Part shown: positions 9,602 to 20,200 of the stretch, one piece after another
Numbering within the stretch: the stretch's first letter is position 1
How the letters are laid out: the number at the start of each line of letters is the position of its first letter
DNA from: Squalus acanthias
Taxonomy: Eukaryota
Length of the DNA: 64,000 nt
Direction: 5' to 3'
NCBI GenBank assembly: GCA_030390025.1
Contig: CM059431.1
Coordinates: 133,798,001 to 133,862,000 of the forward strand
Program-made: the position numbers and the translations under genes
The notes under the pieces: model-generated
What the model was told of the DNA's origin: nothing
Seen by the model: only the letters and a program-made list of their open reading frames with translations
Database searches by the model: none

Positions 9602-11207
9602 TGTAAGGGGGCGTGTCTCAGACGGTGCTGGTGCGAGGTTAGGCCTTCGTTGCCTATACTATTGCTTGCTCTGGTCTCCGGCCAGCCTTTTTGCAATAAG
9701 CACCTGTGAGTGGTTCGACCCACTCGCCCTTATGGTTCTGACACCTGGACTTAGATGCAAGGAGCAGTAATGCAGAGAAAACTCAATAGACCCGGTTGAA
9801 TAGCACGAAACGAATATCTTTATTGCATGGCGTCTAAAATCATGAAATACATGTCATAGGCGCAAATCAAAGAGAGTACAAGTATACACACATTCATAAA
9901 ACTTGGTCTATGGAAATGGAGAACACACGGCACATCGTAAAAAGGGGAACACATTATACCTTAACCTTATAAAAACCACCCTCCCTTAACAATACCTACA
10001 CTACGTCTGGATTTGTAGGATCGGAAATCATGCTCACCACTCGGTTTACTTCGGAGATTTTAAAATGAGGCACTCAGTTCGTTTCGCTGCAGCGCCTGAC
10101 TGTCACGTGTTTGGAAGGGTTTCTGCACCCCACTTGTTTACTTTCGCTGCTGCGAAAGGCAAGCCAGACTCCCTGTTGTCATGAAGCAGTCGATGGACTC
10201 AAACCGTCTTAGAATTCAAAGAAGGATCTTCCTGTGTTGCGGTACATGTAGAAGTCGGTAGAACTCAAAGGAAAGTTCTGTCGTTATATTTTTCCCCGCG
10301 CAGTCGGGTTTTACTGACCGTGGCGGCACGTGGAATTTCTTCTCGTCTTTCTTCTCGTCACTCGGGCCTTTGGGTCCAGACACCGTTTACCGACACTCGG
10401 GATGGTGTACCCTGTTACTTGCCCTTGTCGAGGCGGCTCGTTCCGATTGAGCTCCACCCAACACTCGAATAACCGACCAGTACGGCGAAGAGTCAACAGA
10501 GTCAACAGAGTCCAGAGAGAAAATCAAGAGGCTGACAGTCCAGGAGAGCGATACAAGAGACCGATGGACATTTGTCCTCTATAGTTATACTGTTGTGTCC
10601 GCTTTATCTCCCGCTCAAATCTAAATGTTTATCCTTTGTGTGATTTTGGCGCTTAAAACTCCCAGCATGGGGCGATTCTCTTCTTAACGGGTTTCGGTGG
10701 CACCTGAAACTGGCCAACTATCCGTTAATGTCTTCCCCATTGTTGAGCCAGCCAGGATGTGTATGAATCGTCTCCTCGACTGGTTTTGGGGCCCCCCGAA
10801 TACTGGCTTAATCACCCGCCAATGTCTCTCTCATTGTTGAGCCGGGGGGGTATTTGTGTATTGATGTGTCTGGATGGGCCTTCGATTGCCCAGTTCAATG
10901 ATCCTTACTGTGCATAGGAAAACGATTCCAGCACTTATATCATTGCTAGTGTTCAAAATGCAAACGGGTTGCATCCTGTCTTTATCAATGTGTACCGAGT
11001 ATGATCCAATCTCATACTGAATGTATATTCAACGCCATCTTGTCTGCCCACTGTGTCTCTGGAAGCTTCTGCCACGATGCGCGGCAGCCATTTTACAGGC
11101 TTCTGTGTCCTTTATATTATCAGGACAGCATTTCGTTTAATAAAACTGATCAATTGAATCTGCTTCTCTCATGTTATTTTGAATCGCGATAATTGCGAAA
11201 CTCTACA
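9602..11207 (-). repeat. 5' long terminal repeat (~1606 bp)
   Basis: Bounded by TGTA...TACA and immediately precedes the PBS. The minus strand has a TATA-like TATAACTATAG (~10589-10579), a splice donor GTG|GTGAGC (10037) and AATAAA (9824-9819). No second copy exists in the window to confirm the boundaries. Confidence 0.72.
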
Positions 11208-11213
11208 TGTTTT

Positions 11214-14200
11214 CATCTGTCTCTCTCTCCCCCGTTTGTGTTTCTCTCTCTCCCTCTCCCTAGTTTGTGTTTCTCTCTCCCTCCCCAGTTTGTGTTTATC
11301 TCTCTCTCTCTCTCCTCAGTTTGTGTTTCTCTCTCTCCCTCCCCAGTTAGTGTTGCTTTTCCTCTCCCCAGTTTGTTTCTGTCTCTCCATCCCCAATATG
11401 TGTTTCTCTCTCTCCCTCTCCCCAGTTTGTGTTTCTTTCTCTCCCACCCCAGTTTGCTTCCTTCACTTCTTCCCCAGTTTGTGTTTCTCTTTCTCTCTCC
11501 CCAGTTTGTTTCTCTCCCTCCCCAGTTTGTGTTTCTCTCTGTCTCCCTCTCCCTCCCCAGTTTGTGTTTCTCTCTCTCTCCCTCCCCAGTTTGTGTTTCT
11601 CTCTTTCTCCCTTTCCAGTTTGTGTGTGTCTCTCTCTCCCCAGTCAGTTTCTCTATCTCCTTCCCCAGTTTGTCTCTCTCTCTCTCCCTCTCTAGTTTGC
11701 GTTTCTCTCCCTCCCTCAGTTTGTGTTTCTCTCTCCCACTCCCCAATTTGTGTTTCTGTCTCTCTCTTCCCAGTTTGCGTTTCTCTCTCTCTCTCTCCCT
11801 AGTTTGTGATAATCTCTCTCCCTCCCCAGTTTGTGTTTCTCTCTCTCCCTCCCCCAGTTTGTGTTTCTCTCTCTCTCTCCCCAGTTTGTGTTTCTCTCTC
11901 TCTCCCCAGTTTGTGTTTCTCTCTCTCTCTCCAGTTTGTGTTTCTCTCACTCTCCCCAGTTTGTGTTTTTCTCGCTTTCTCCAGTTTGTGTTTTTCTCGC
12001 TTTCTCCAGTTTGTGTTTCTCTCTCTCTTTCCCCAGTTTGTGTTTCTCTCTCTCTCTCTCCAGTTTGTGTTTCTCTCTCTCCCCAGTTTGTGTTTCTCTC
12101 TCTCTCCCCAGTTTGTGTTTCTCTCTCTCTCCCCAGTTTGTGTTTCTCTCTCTCTCTCCAGTTTGTGTTTCTCTCTCTCTCCCCAGTTTGTGTTTCTCTC
12201 TCTCTCCCCAGTTTGTGTTTCTCTCTCTCTCTCCAGTTTGTGTTTCTCTCTCTCCCCAGTTTGTGTTTCTCTCTCTCTCCCCAGTTTGTGTTTCTCTCTC
12301 TCTCCCCAGTTTGTGTTTCTCTCTCTCTCTCTCCAGTTTGTGTTTCTCTCTCTCTCTCCCCAGTTTGTGTTTCTCTCTCTCTCCCCAGTTTGTGTTTCTC
12401 TCTCTCTCTCCAGTTTGTGTTTCTCTATCTCTCTCCCCAGTTTGTGTTTCTCTCTCTCTCCCCAGTTGGTGTTTCTCTCTCTCTCCCCAGTTTGTGTTTC
12501 TCTCTCTCTCTCCAGTTTGTGTTTCTCTCTCTCCCCAGTTTGTGTTTCTCTCTCTCTCCCCAGTTTGTGTTTCTCTCTCTCTCCCCAGTTTGTGTTTCTC
12601 TCTCTCTCTCTCCAGTTTGTGTTTCTCTCTCTCTCTCCCCAGTTTGTGTTTCTCTCTCTCTCTCCCCAGTTTGTGTTTCTCTCTCTCTCTCTCCAGTTTG
12701 TGTTTCTCTCTCTCCCCAGTTTGTGTTTCTCTCTCTCTCTCCCCAGTTTGTGTTTCTCTCTCTCTCTCCAGTTTGTGCTTCTCTCTCTCTCTCTCTCCAG
12801 TTTGTGTTTCTCTCTCTCTCTCCAGTTTGTGATTCTCTCTCTCTCCAGTTTGTGTTTCTCTCTCTCCCCAGTTTGTGTTTCTCTCTCTCTCTCCCCAGTT
12901 TGTGTTTCTCTCTCTCTCCCCAGTTTGTGCTTCTCTCTCTCTCTCTCCCCAGTTTGTGTTTCTCTCTCTCTCTCCAGTTTGTGCTTCTCTCTCTCTCTCT
13001 CTCCAGTTTGTGTTTCTCTCTCTCTCTCCCCAGTTTGTGTTTCTCTCTCTCTCCCCAGTTTGTGCTTCTCTCTCTCTCTCTCCCCAGTTTGTGTTTCTCT
13101 CTCTCTCTCTCCAGTTTGTGTTTCTCTCTCTCTCCCCAGTTTGTGTTTCTCTCTCTCTCTCCAGTTTGTGTTTCTCTCTCTCTCTCTCTCTCTCTCCAGT
13201 TTGTGTTTCTCTCTCTCTCTCCAGTTGTGTTTCTCTCTCTCTCTCTCCAGTTTGTGTTTCTCTCTCTCTCCCCAGTTTGTGTTTCTCTCTCTCTCCCCCC
13301 AGTTTGTGTTTCTCTCTCTCTCCAGTTTGTGTTTCTCTCTCTCTCCCCCCAGTTTGTGCTTCTCTCTCTCTCTCTCCAGTTTGTGTTTCTCTCTCTCTCT
13401 CCCCAGTTTGTGTTTCTCTCTCTCTCTCTCCAGTTTGTGTTTCTCTCTCTCTCCCCAGTTTGTGCTTCTCTCTCTCTCTCCCCAGTTTGTGTTTCTCTCT
13501 CTCTCTCTCCAGTTTGTGTTTCTCTCTCTCTCTCTCTCCAGTTTGTGTTTCTCTCTCTCTCTCCCCAGTTTGTGTTTCTCTCTCTCTCTCTCCAGTTTGT
13601 GTTTCTCTCTCTCTCCCCAGTTTGTGCTTCTCTCTCTCTCTCCCCAGTTTGTGTTTCTCTCTCTCTCTCTCCAGTTTGTGTTTCTCTCTCTCTCCCCCCA
13701 GTTTGTGTTTCTCTCTCTCCCCCCAGTTTGTGCTTCTCTCTCTCTCCAGTTTGTGTTTCTCTCTCTCCCCAGTTTGTGTTTCTCTCTTTCTCCCTTCCCA
13801 GTTTGTGTGTGTCTCTCTCTCTCTCCCCAGTCAGTTTCTCTATCTCCTTCCCCAGTTTGTGTTTCTCTCTCTCTCTCTCCAGTTTGTGTTTCTCTCTCTC
13901 TCTCCCCAGTTTGTGTTTCTCTCTCTCTCTCTCCAGTTTGTGTTTCTCTCTCTCCCCAGTTTGTGTTTCTCTCTCTCTCTCCCCAGTTTGTGTTTCTCTC
14001 TTTCTCCCTTCCCAGTTTGTGTTTCTCTCTCTCTCTCTCTCCAGTTTGTGTTTCTCTCTCTCCCCAGTTTGTGTTTCTCTCTCTCTCTCCCCAGTTTGTG
14101 TGTCTCTCTCTCTCCCCAGTCAGTTTCTCTATCTCCTTCCCCAGTTTGTGTGTCTCTCTCTCTCCCCAGTCAGTTTCACTCTCTCTCTCTCTCCAGTTTG

Positions 14201-17200
14201 TGTTTCTCTCTCTCCCCAGTTTGTGTTTCTCTCTCTCTCTCCCCCCAGTTTGTGTTTCTCTCTCTCTCTCTCTCCAGTTTGTGTTTCTCTCTCTCCCCAG
14301 TTTGTGTTTCTCTCTCTCCCCAGTTTGTGTTTCTCTCTCTCTCTCCAGTTTGTGTTTCTCTCTCTCTCTCCCCAGTTTGTGTTTCTCTCTCTCTCTCCCC
14401 AGTTTGTGTTTCTCTATCTCTCCCCAGTTTGTGTTTCTCTCTCTCTCTCTCCCCAGTTTGTGTTTCTCTCTCTCTCTCCAGTTTGTGTTTCTCTCTCTCT
14501 CTCTCCAGTTTGTGTTTCTCTCTCTCTCTCCAGTTTGTGTTTCTCTCTCTCTCTCCCCAGTTTGTGTTTCTCTCTCTCTCTCTCCAGTTTGTGTTTCTCT
14601 CTCTCTCTCCCCAGTTTGTGTTTCTCTCTCTCTCTCTCCAGTTTGTGTTTCTCTCTCTCTCTCCCCAGTTTGTGTCTCTCTCTCTCCCCAGTTTGTGTTT
14701 CTCTCTCTCTCTCTCCAGTTTGTGTTTCTCTCTCTCCCCAGTTTGTGTTTCTCTCTCTCTCTCTCCAGTTTGTGTTTCTCTCTCTCCCCAGTTTGTGTTT
14801 CTCTCTCTCTCTCCCCAGTTTGTGCTTCTCTCTCTCTCTCCCCAGTTTGTGTTTCTCTCTCTCCAGTTGTGCTTCTCTCTCTCTCTCTCCAGTTTGTGTT
14901 TCTCTCTCTCCCCAGTTTGTGTTTCTCTCTCTCTCTCCAGTTTGTGTTTCTCTCTCTCTCTCTCCCCAGTTTGTGTTTCTCTCTCTCTCTCTCCAGTTTG
15001 TGTTTCTCTCTCTCCCCAGTTTGTGTTTCTCTCTCTCTCTCCCCAGTTTGTGTTTCTCTCTCTCCCCAGTTTGTGTTTCTCTCTCTCCCCAGTTTGTGTT
15101 TCTCTCTCTCCCCAGTTTGTGTTTCTCTCTCCCTCTCCCCAGTTTGTGTTTCTCTCTCTCTCTCTCCAGTTTGTGATTCTCTCTCTCCCCAGTTTGTGTT
15201 TCTCTCTCTCCCCAGTTTGTGTTTCTCTCTCTCTCTCCCCAGTTTGTGTTTCTCTCTCTCTCTCTCCAGTTTGTGATTCTCTCTCTCTCCCCCCAGTTTG
15301 TGTTTCTCTCTCTCTCTCCAGTTTGTGTTTCTCTCTCTCTCTCCCCAGTTTGTGTTTCTCTCTCCCCCCAGTTTGTGTGTCTCTCTCTCTCTCCCCAGTT
15401 TGTGTTTCTCTCTCTCCCCAGTTTGTGTTTCTCTCTCTCTCTCTCCAGTTTGTGTTTCTCTCTCTCTCTCCCCAGTTTGTGGTTCTCTCTCTCCCCAGTT
15501 TGTGTTTCTCTCTCTCTCTCTCTCTCTCTCCAGTTTGTGTTTCTCTCTCTCTCTCCAGTTTGTGTTTCTCTCTCTCTCCCCAGTTTGTGTTTCTCTCTCT
15601 CCCCAGTTTGTGTTTCTCTCTCTCTCTCCCCAGTTTGTGTTTCTCTCTCTCTCTCTCTCCAGTTTGTGTTTCTCTCTCTCTCTCTCCAGTTTGTGTTTCT
15701 CTCTCTCCCCAGTTTGTGTTTCTCTCTCTCTCTCCCCAGTCAGTTTCTCTATCTCCTTCCCCAGTTTGTGTCTCTCTCTCTCCCCAGTTTGTGTTTCTCT
15801 CTCTCTCCAGTTTGTGTTTCTCTCTCTCCCCAGTTTGTGTTTCTCTCTCTCTCTCCCCAGTTTGTGTTTCTCTCTTTCTCCCTTCCCAGTTTGTGTGTGT
15901 CTCTCTCTCTCTCCCCAGTCAGTTTCTCTATCTCCTTCCCCAGTTTGTGTTTCTCTCTCTCTCCCCCCAGTTTGTGTTTCTCTCTCTCTCTCTCTCCAGT
16001 TTGTGTTTCTCTCTCTCCCCAGTTTGTGTTTCTCTCTCTCCCCAGTTTGTGTTTCTCTCTCTCTCTCCAGTTTGTGTTTCTCTCTCTCTCTCCCCAGTTT
16101 GTGTTTCTCTCTCTCTCTCCCCAGTTTGTGTTTCTCTATCTCTCCCCAGTTTGTGTTTCTCTCTCTCTCTCTCCAGTTTGTGTTTCTCTCTCTCTCTCCC
16201 CAGTTTGTGTTTCTCTCTCTCTCTCTCCAGTTTGTGTTTCTCTCTCTCTCCCCAGTTTGTGTTTCTCTCTCTCTCTCTCCAGTTTGTGTTTCTCTCTCTC
16301 CCCAGTTTGTGTTTCTCTCTCTCTCTCCCCAGTTTGTGCTTCTCTCTCTCTCTCCCCAGTTTGTGTTTCTCTCTCTCCAGTTGTGCTTCTCTCTCTCTCT
16401 CTCCAGTTTGTGTTTCTCTCTCTCCCCAGTTTGTGTTTCTCTCTCTCTCTCCAGTTTGTGTTTCTCTCTCTCCCTCCCCCCAGTTTGTGTTTCTCTCTCT
16501 CCCCAGTTTGTGTTTCTCTCTCTCTCTCCAGTTTGTGTTTCTCTCTCTCTCTCTCCCCAGTTTGTGTTTCTCTCTCTCTCTCTCCAGTTTGTGTTTCTCT
16601 CTCTCCCCAGTTTGTGTTTCTCTCTCTCTCTCCCCAGTTTGTGTTTCTCTCTCTCCCCAGTTTGTGTTTCTCTCTCTCCCCAGTTTGTGTTTCTCTCTCT
16701 CCCCAGTTTGTGTTTCTCTCTCCCTCTCCCCAGTTTGTGTTTCTCTCTCTCTCTCTCCAGTTTGTGATTCTCTCTCTCCCCAGTTTGTGTTTCTCTCTCT
16801 CCCCAGTTTGTGTTTCTCTCTCTCTCTCCCCAGTTTGTGTTTCTCTCTTTCTCCCTTCCCAGTTTGTGTTTCTCTCTCTCTCTCTCTCCAGTTTGTGTTT
16901 CTCTCTCTCCCCAGTTTGTGTTTCTCTCTCTCTCTCCCCAGTTTGTGTGTCTCTCTCTCTCCCCAGTCAGTTTCTCTATCTCCTTCCCCAGTTTGTGTGT
17001 CTCTCTCTCTCCCCAGTCAGTTTCACTCTCTCTCTCTCTCCAGTTTGTGTTTCTCTCTCTCCCCAGTTTGTGTTTCTCTCTCTCTCTCCCCCCAGTTTGT
17101 GTTTCTCTCTCTCTCTCTCTCCAGTTTGTGTTTCTCTCTCTCCCCAGTTTGTGTTTCTCTCTCTCCCCAGTTTGTGTTTCTCTCTCTCTCTCCAGTTTGT

Positions 17201-20200
17201 GTTTCTCTCTCTCTCTCCCCAGTTTGTGTTTCTCTCTCTCTCTCCCCAGTTTGTGTTTCTCTATCTCTCCCCAGTTTGTGTTTCTCTCTCTCTCTCTCCC
17301 CAGTTTGTGTTTCTCTCTCTCTCTCCAGTTTGTGTTTCTCTCTCTCTCTCTCCAGTTTGTGTTTCTCTCTCTCTCTCCAGTTTGTGTTTCTCTCTCTCTC
17401 TCCCCAGTTTGTGTTTCTCTCTCTCTCTCTCCAGTTTGTGTTTCTCTCTCTCTCTCCCCAGTTTGTGTTTCTCTCTCTCTCTCTCCAGTTTGTGTTTCTC
17501 TCTCTCTCTCCCCAGTTTGTGTCTCTCTCTCTCCCCAGTTTGTGTTTCTCTCTCTCTCTCTCCAGTTTGTGTTTCTCTCTCTCCCCAGTTTGTGTTTCTC
17601 TCTCTCTCTCTCCAGTTTGTGTTTCTCTCTCTCCCCAGTTTGTGTTTCTCTCTCTCTCTCCCCAGTTTGTGCTTCTCTCTCTCTCTCCCCAGTTTGTGTT
17701 TCTCTCTCTCCAGTTGTGCTTCTCTCTCTCTCTCTCCAGTTTGTGTTTCTCTCTCTCCCCAGTTTGTGTTTCTCTCTCTCTCTCCAGTTTGTGTTTCTCT
17801 CTCTCTCTCTCCCCAGTTTGTGTTTCTCTCTCTCTCTCTCCAGTTTGTGTTTCTCTCTCTCCCCAGTTTGTGTTTCTCTCTCTCTCTCCCCAGTTTGTGT
17901 TTCTCTCTCTCCCCAGTTTGTGTTTCTCTCTCTCCCCAGTTTGTGTTTCTCTCTCTCCCCAGTTTGTGTTTCTCTCTCCCTCTCCCCAGTTTGTGTTTCT
18001 CTCTCTCTCTCTCCAGTTTGTGATTCTCTCTCTCCCCAGTTTGTGTTTCTCTCTCTCCCCAGTTTGTGTTTCTCTCTCTCTCTCCCCAGTTTGTGTTTCT
18101 CTCTCTCTCTCTCCAGTTTGTGATTCTCTCTCTCTCCCCCCAGTTTGTGTTTCTCTCTCTCTCTCCAGTTTGTGTTTCTCTCTCTCTCTCCCCAGTTTGT
18201 GTTTCTCTCTCCCCCCAGTTTGTGTGTCTCTCTCTCTCTCCCCAGTTTGTGTTTCTCTCTCTCCCCAGTTTGTGTTTCTCTCTCTCTCTCTCCAGTTTGT
18301 GTTTCTCTCTCTCTCTCCCCAGTTTGTGGTTCTCTCTCTCCCCAGTTTGTGTTTCTCTCTCTCTCTCTCTCTCTCTCCAGTTTGTGTTTCTCTCTCTCTC
18401 TCCAGTTTGTGTTTCTCTCTCTCTCCCCAGTTTGTGTTTCTCTCTCTCCCCAGTTTGTGTTTCTCTCTCTCTCTCCCCAGTTTGTGTTTCTCTCTCTCTC
18501 TCTCTCCAGTTTGTGTTTCTCTCTCTCTCTCTCCAGTTTGTGTTTCTCTCTCTCCCCAGTTTGTGTTTCTCTCTCTCTCTCCCCAGTCAGTTTCTCTATC
18601 TCCTTCCCCAGTTTGTGTCTCTCTCTCTCCCCAGTTTGTGTTTCTCTCTCTCTCCAGTTTGTGTTTCTCTCTCTCCCCAGTTTGTGTTTCTCTCTCTCTC
18701 TCCCCAGTTTGTGTTTCTCTCTTTCTCCCTTCCCAGTTTGTGTGTGTCTCTCTCTCTCTCCCCAGTCAGTTTCTCTATCTCCTTCCCCAGTTTGTGTTTC
18801 TCTCTCTCTCCCCCCAGTTTGTGTTTCTCTCTCTCTCTCTCTCCAGTTTGTGTTTCTCTCTCTCCCCAGTTTGTGTTTCTCTCTCTCCCCAGTTTGTGTT
18901 TCTCTCTCTCTCTCCAGTTTGTGTTTCTCTCTCTCTCTCCCCAGTTTGTGTTTCTCTCTCTCTCTCCCCAGTTTGTGTTTCTCTATCTCTCCCCAGTTTG
19001 TGTTTCTCTCTCTCTCTCTCCAGTTTGTGTTTCTCTCTCTCTCTCCCCAGTTTGTGTTTCTCTCTCTCTCTCTCCAGTTTGTGTTTCTCTCTCTCTCCCC
19101 AGTTTGTGTTTCTCTCTCTCTCTCTCCAGTTTGTGTTTCTCTCTCTCCCCAGTTTGTGTTTCTCTCTCTCTCTCCCCAGTTTGTGCTTCTCTCTCTCTCT
19201 CCCCAGTTTGTGTTTCTCTCTCTCCAGTTGTGCTTCTCTCTCTCTCTCTCCAGTTTGTGTTTCTCTCTCTCCCCAGTTTGTGTTTCTCTCTCTCTCTCCA
19301 GTTTGTGTTTCTCTCTCTCCCTCCCCCCAGTTTGTGTTTCTCTCTCTCCCCAGTTTGTGTTTCTCTCTCTCTCTCCAGTTTGTGTTTCTCTCTCTCTCTC
19401 TCCCCAGTTTGTGTTTCTCTCTCTCTCTCTCCAGTTTGTGTTTCTCTCTCTCCCCAGTTTGTGTTTCTCTCTCTCTCTCCCCAGTTTGTGTTTCTCTCTC
19501 TCCCCAGTTTGTGTTTCTCTCTCTCCCCAGTTTGTGTTTCTCTCTCTCCCCAGTTTGTGTTTCTCTCTCCCTCTCCCCAGTTTGTGTTTCTCTCTCTCTC
19601 TCTCCAGTTTGTGATTCTCTCTCTCCCCAGTTTGTGTTTCTCTCTCTCCCCAGTTTGTGTTTCTCTCTCTCTCTCCCCAGTTTGTGTTTCTCTCTCTCTC
19701 TCTCCAGTTTGTGATTCTCTCTCTCTCCCCCCAGTTTGTGTTTCTCTCTCTCTCTCCAGTTTGTGTTTCTCTCTCTCTCTCCCCAGTTTGTGTTTCTCTC
19801 TCCCCCCAGTTTGTGTGTCTCTCTCTCTCTCCCCAGTTTGTGTTTCTCTCTCTCCCCAGTTTGTGTTTCTCTCTCTCTCTCTCCAGTTTGTGTTTCTCTC
19901 TCTCCCCAGTTTGTGTTTCTCTCTCTCTCTCCCCAGTTTGTGTTTCTCTCTCTCCCCAGTTTGTGTTTCTCTCTCTCTCCCCAGTTTGTGTTTCTCTCTC
20001 TCCCCAGTTTGTGTTTCTCTCTCTCTCCCCAGTTTGTGTTTCTCTCTCTCTCCCCAGTTTGTGTTTCTCTCTCTCTCTCTCTCTCCAGTTTGTGTTTCTC
20101 TCTCTCTCTCCAGTTTGTGTTTCTCTCTCTCTCCCCAGTTTGTGTTTCTCTCTCTCCCCAGTTTGTGTTTCTCTCTCTCTCCCCAGTTTGTGTTTCTCTC

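Larger units (their letters stand above)
707..11207 (-). mobile_element. Endogenous retrovirus-like provirus (lokiretrovirus-like): 5'LTR-PBS-gag-pol-env, 3' LTR missing
   Basis: Collinear minus-strand gag, PR-RT-tether-RH-IN and env ORFs lie downstream of an LTR-like unit and PBS. TGTTTT flanks both sides (701-706, 11208-11213). Confidence 0.9.

Noticed and set aside
9736..9747. Alternative tRNA-Leu-like PBS (GGTGTCAGAA) implying an LTR end at 9746
   Set aside because: Only a 10-nt match without the TGG start. The tRNA-Arg match at 9579-9596 next to TGTA fits far better.
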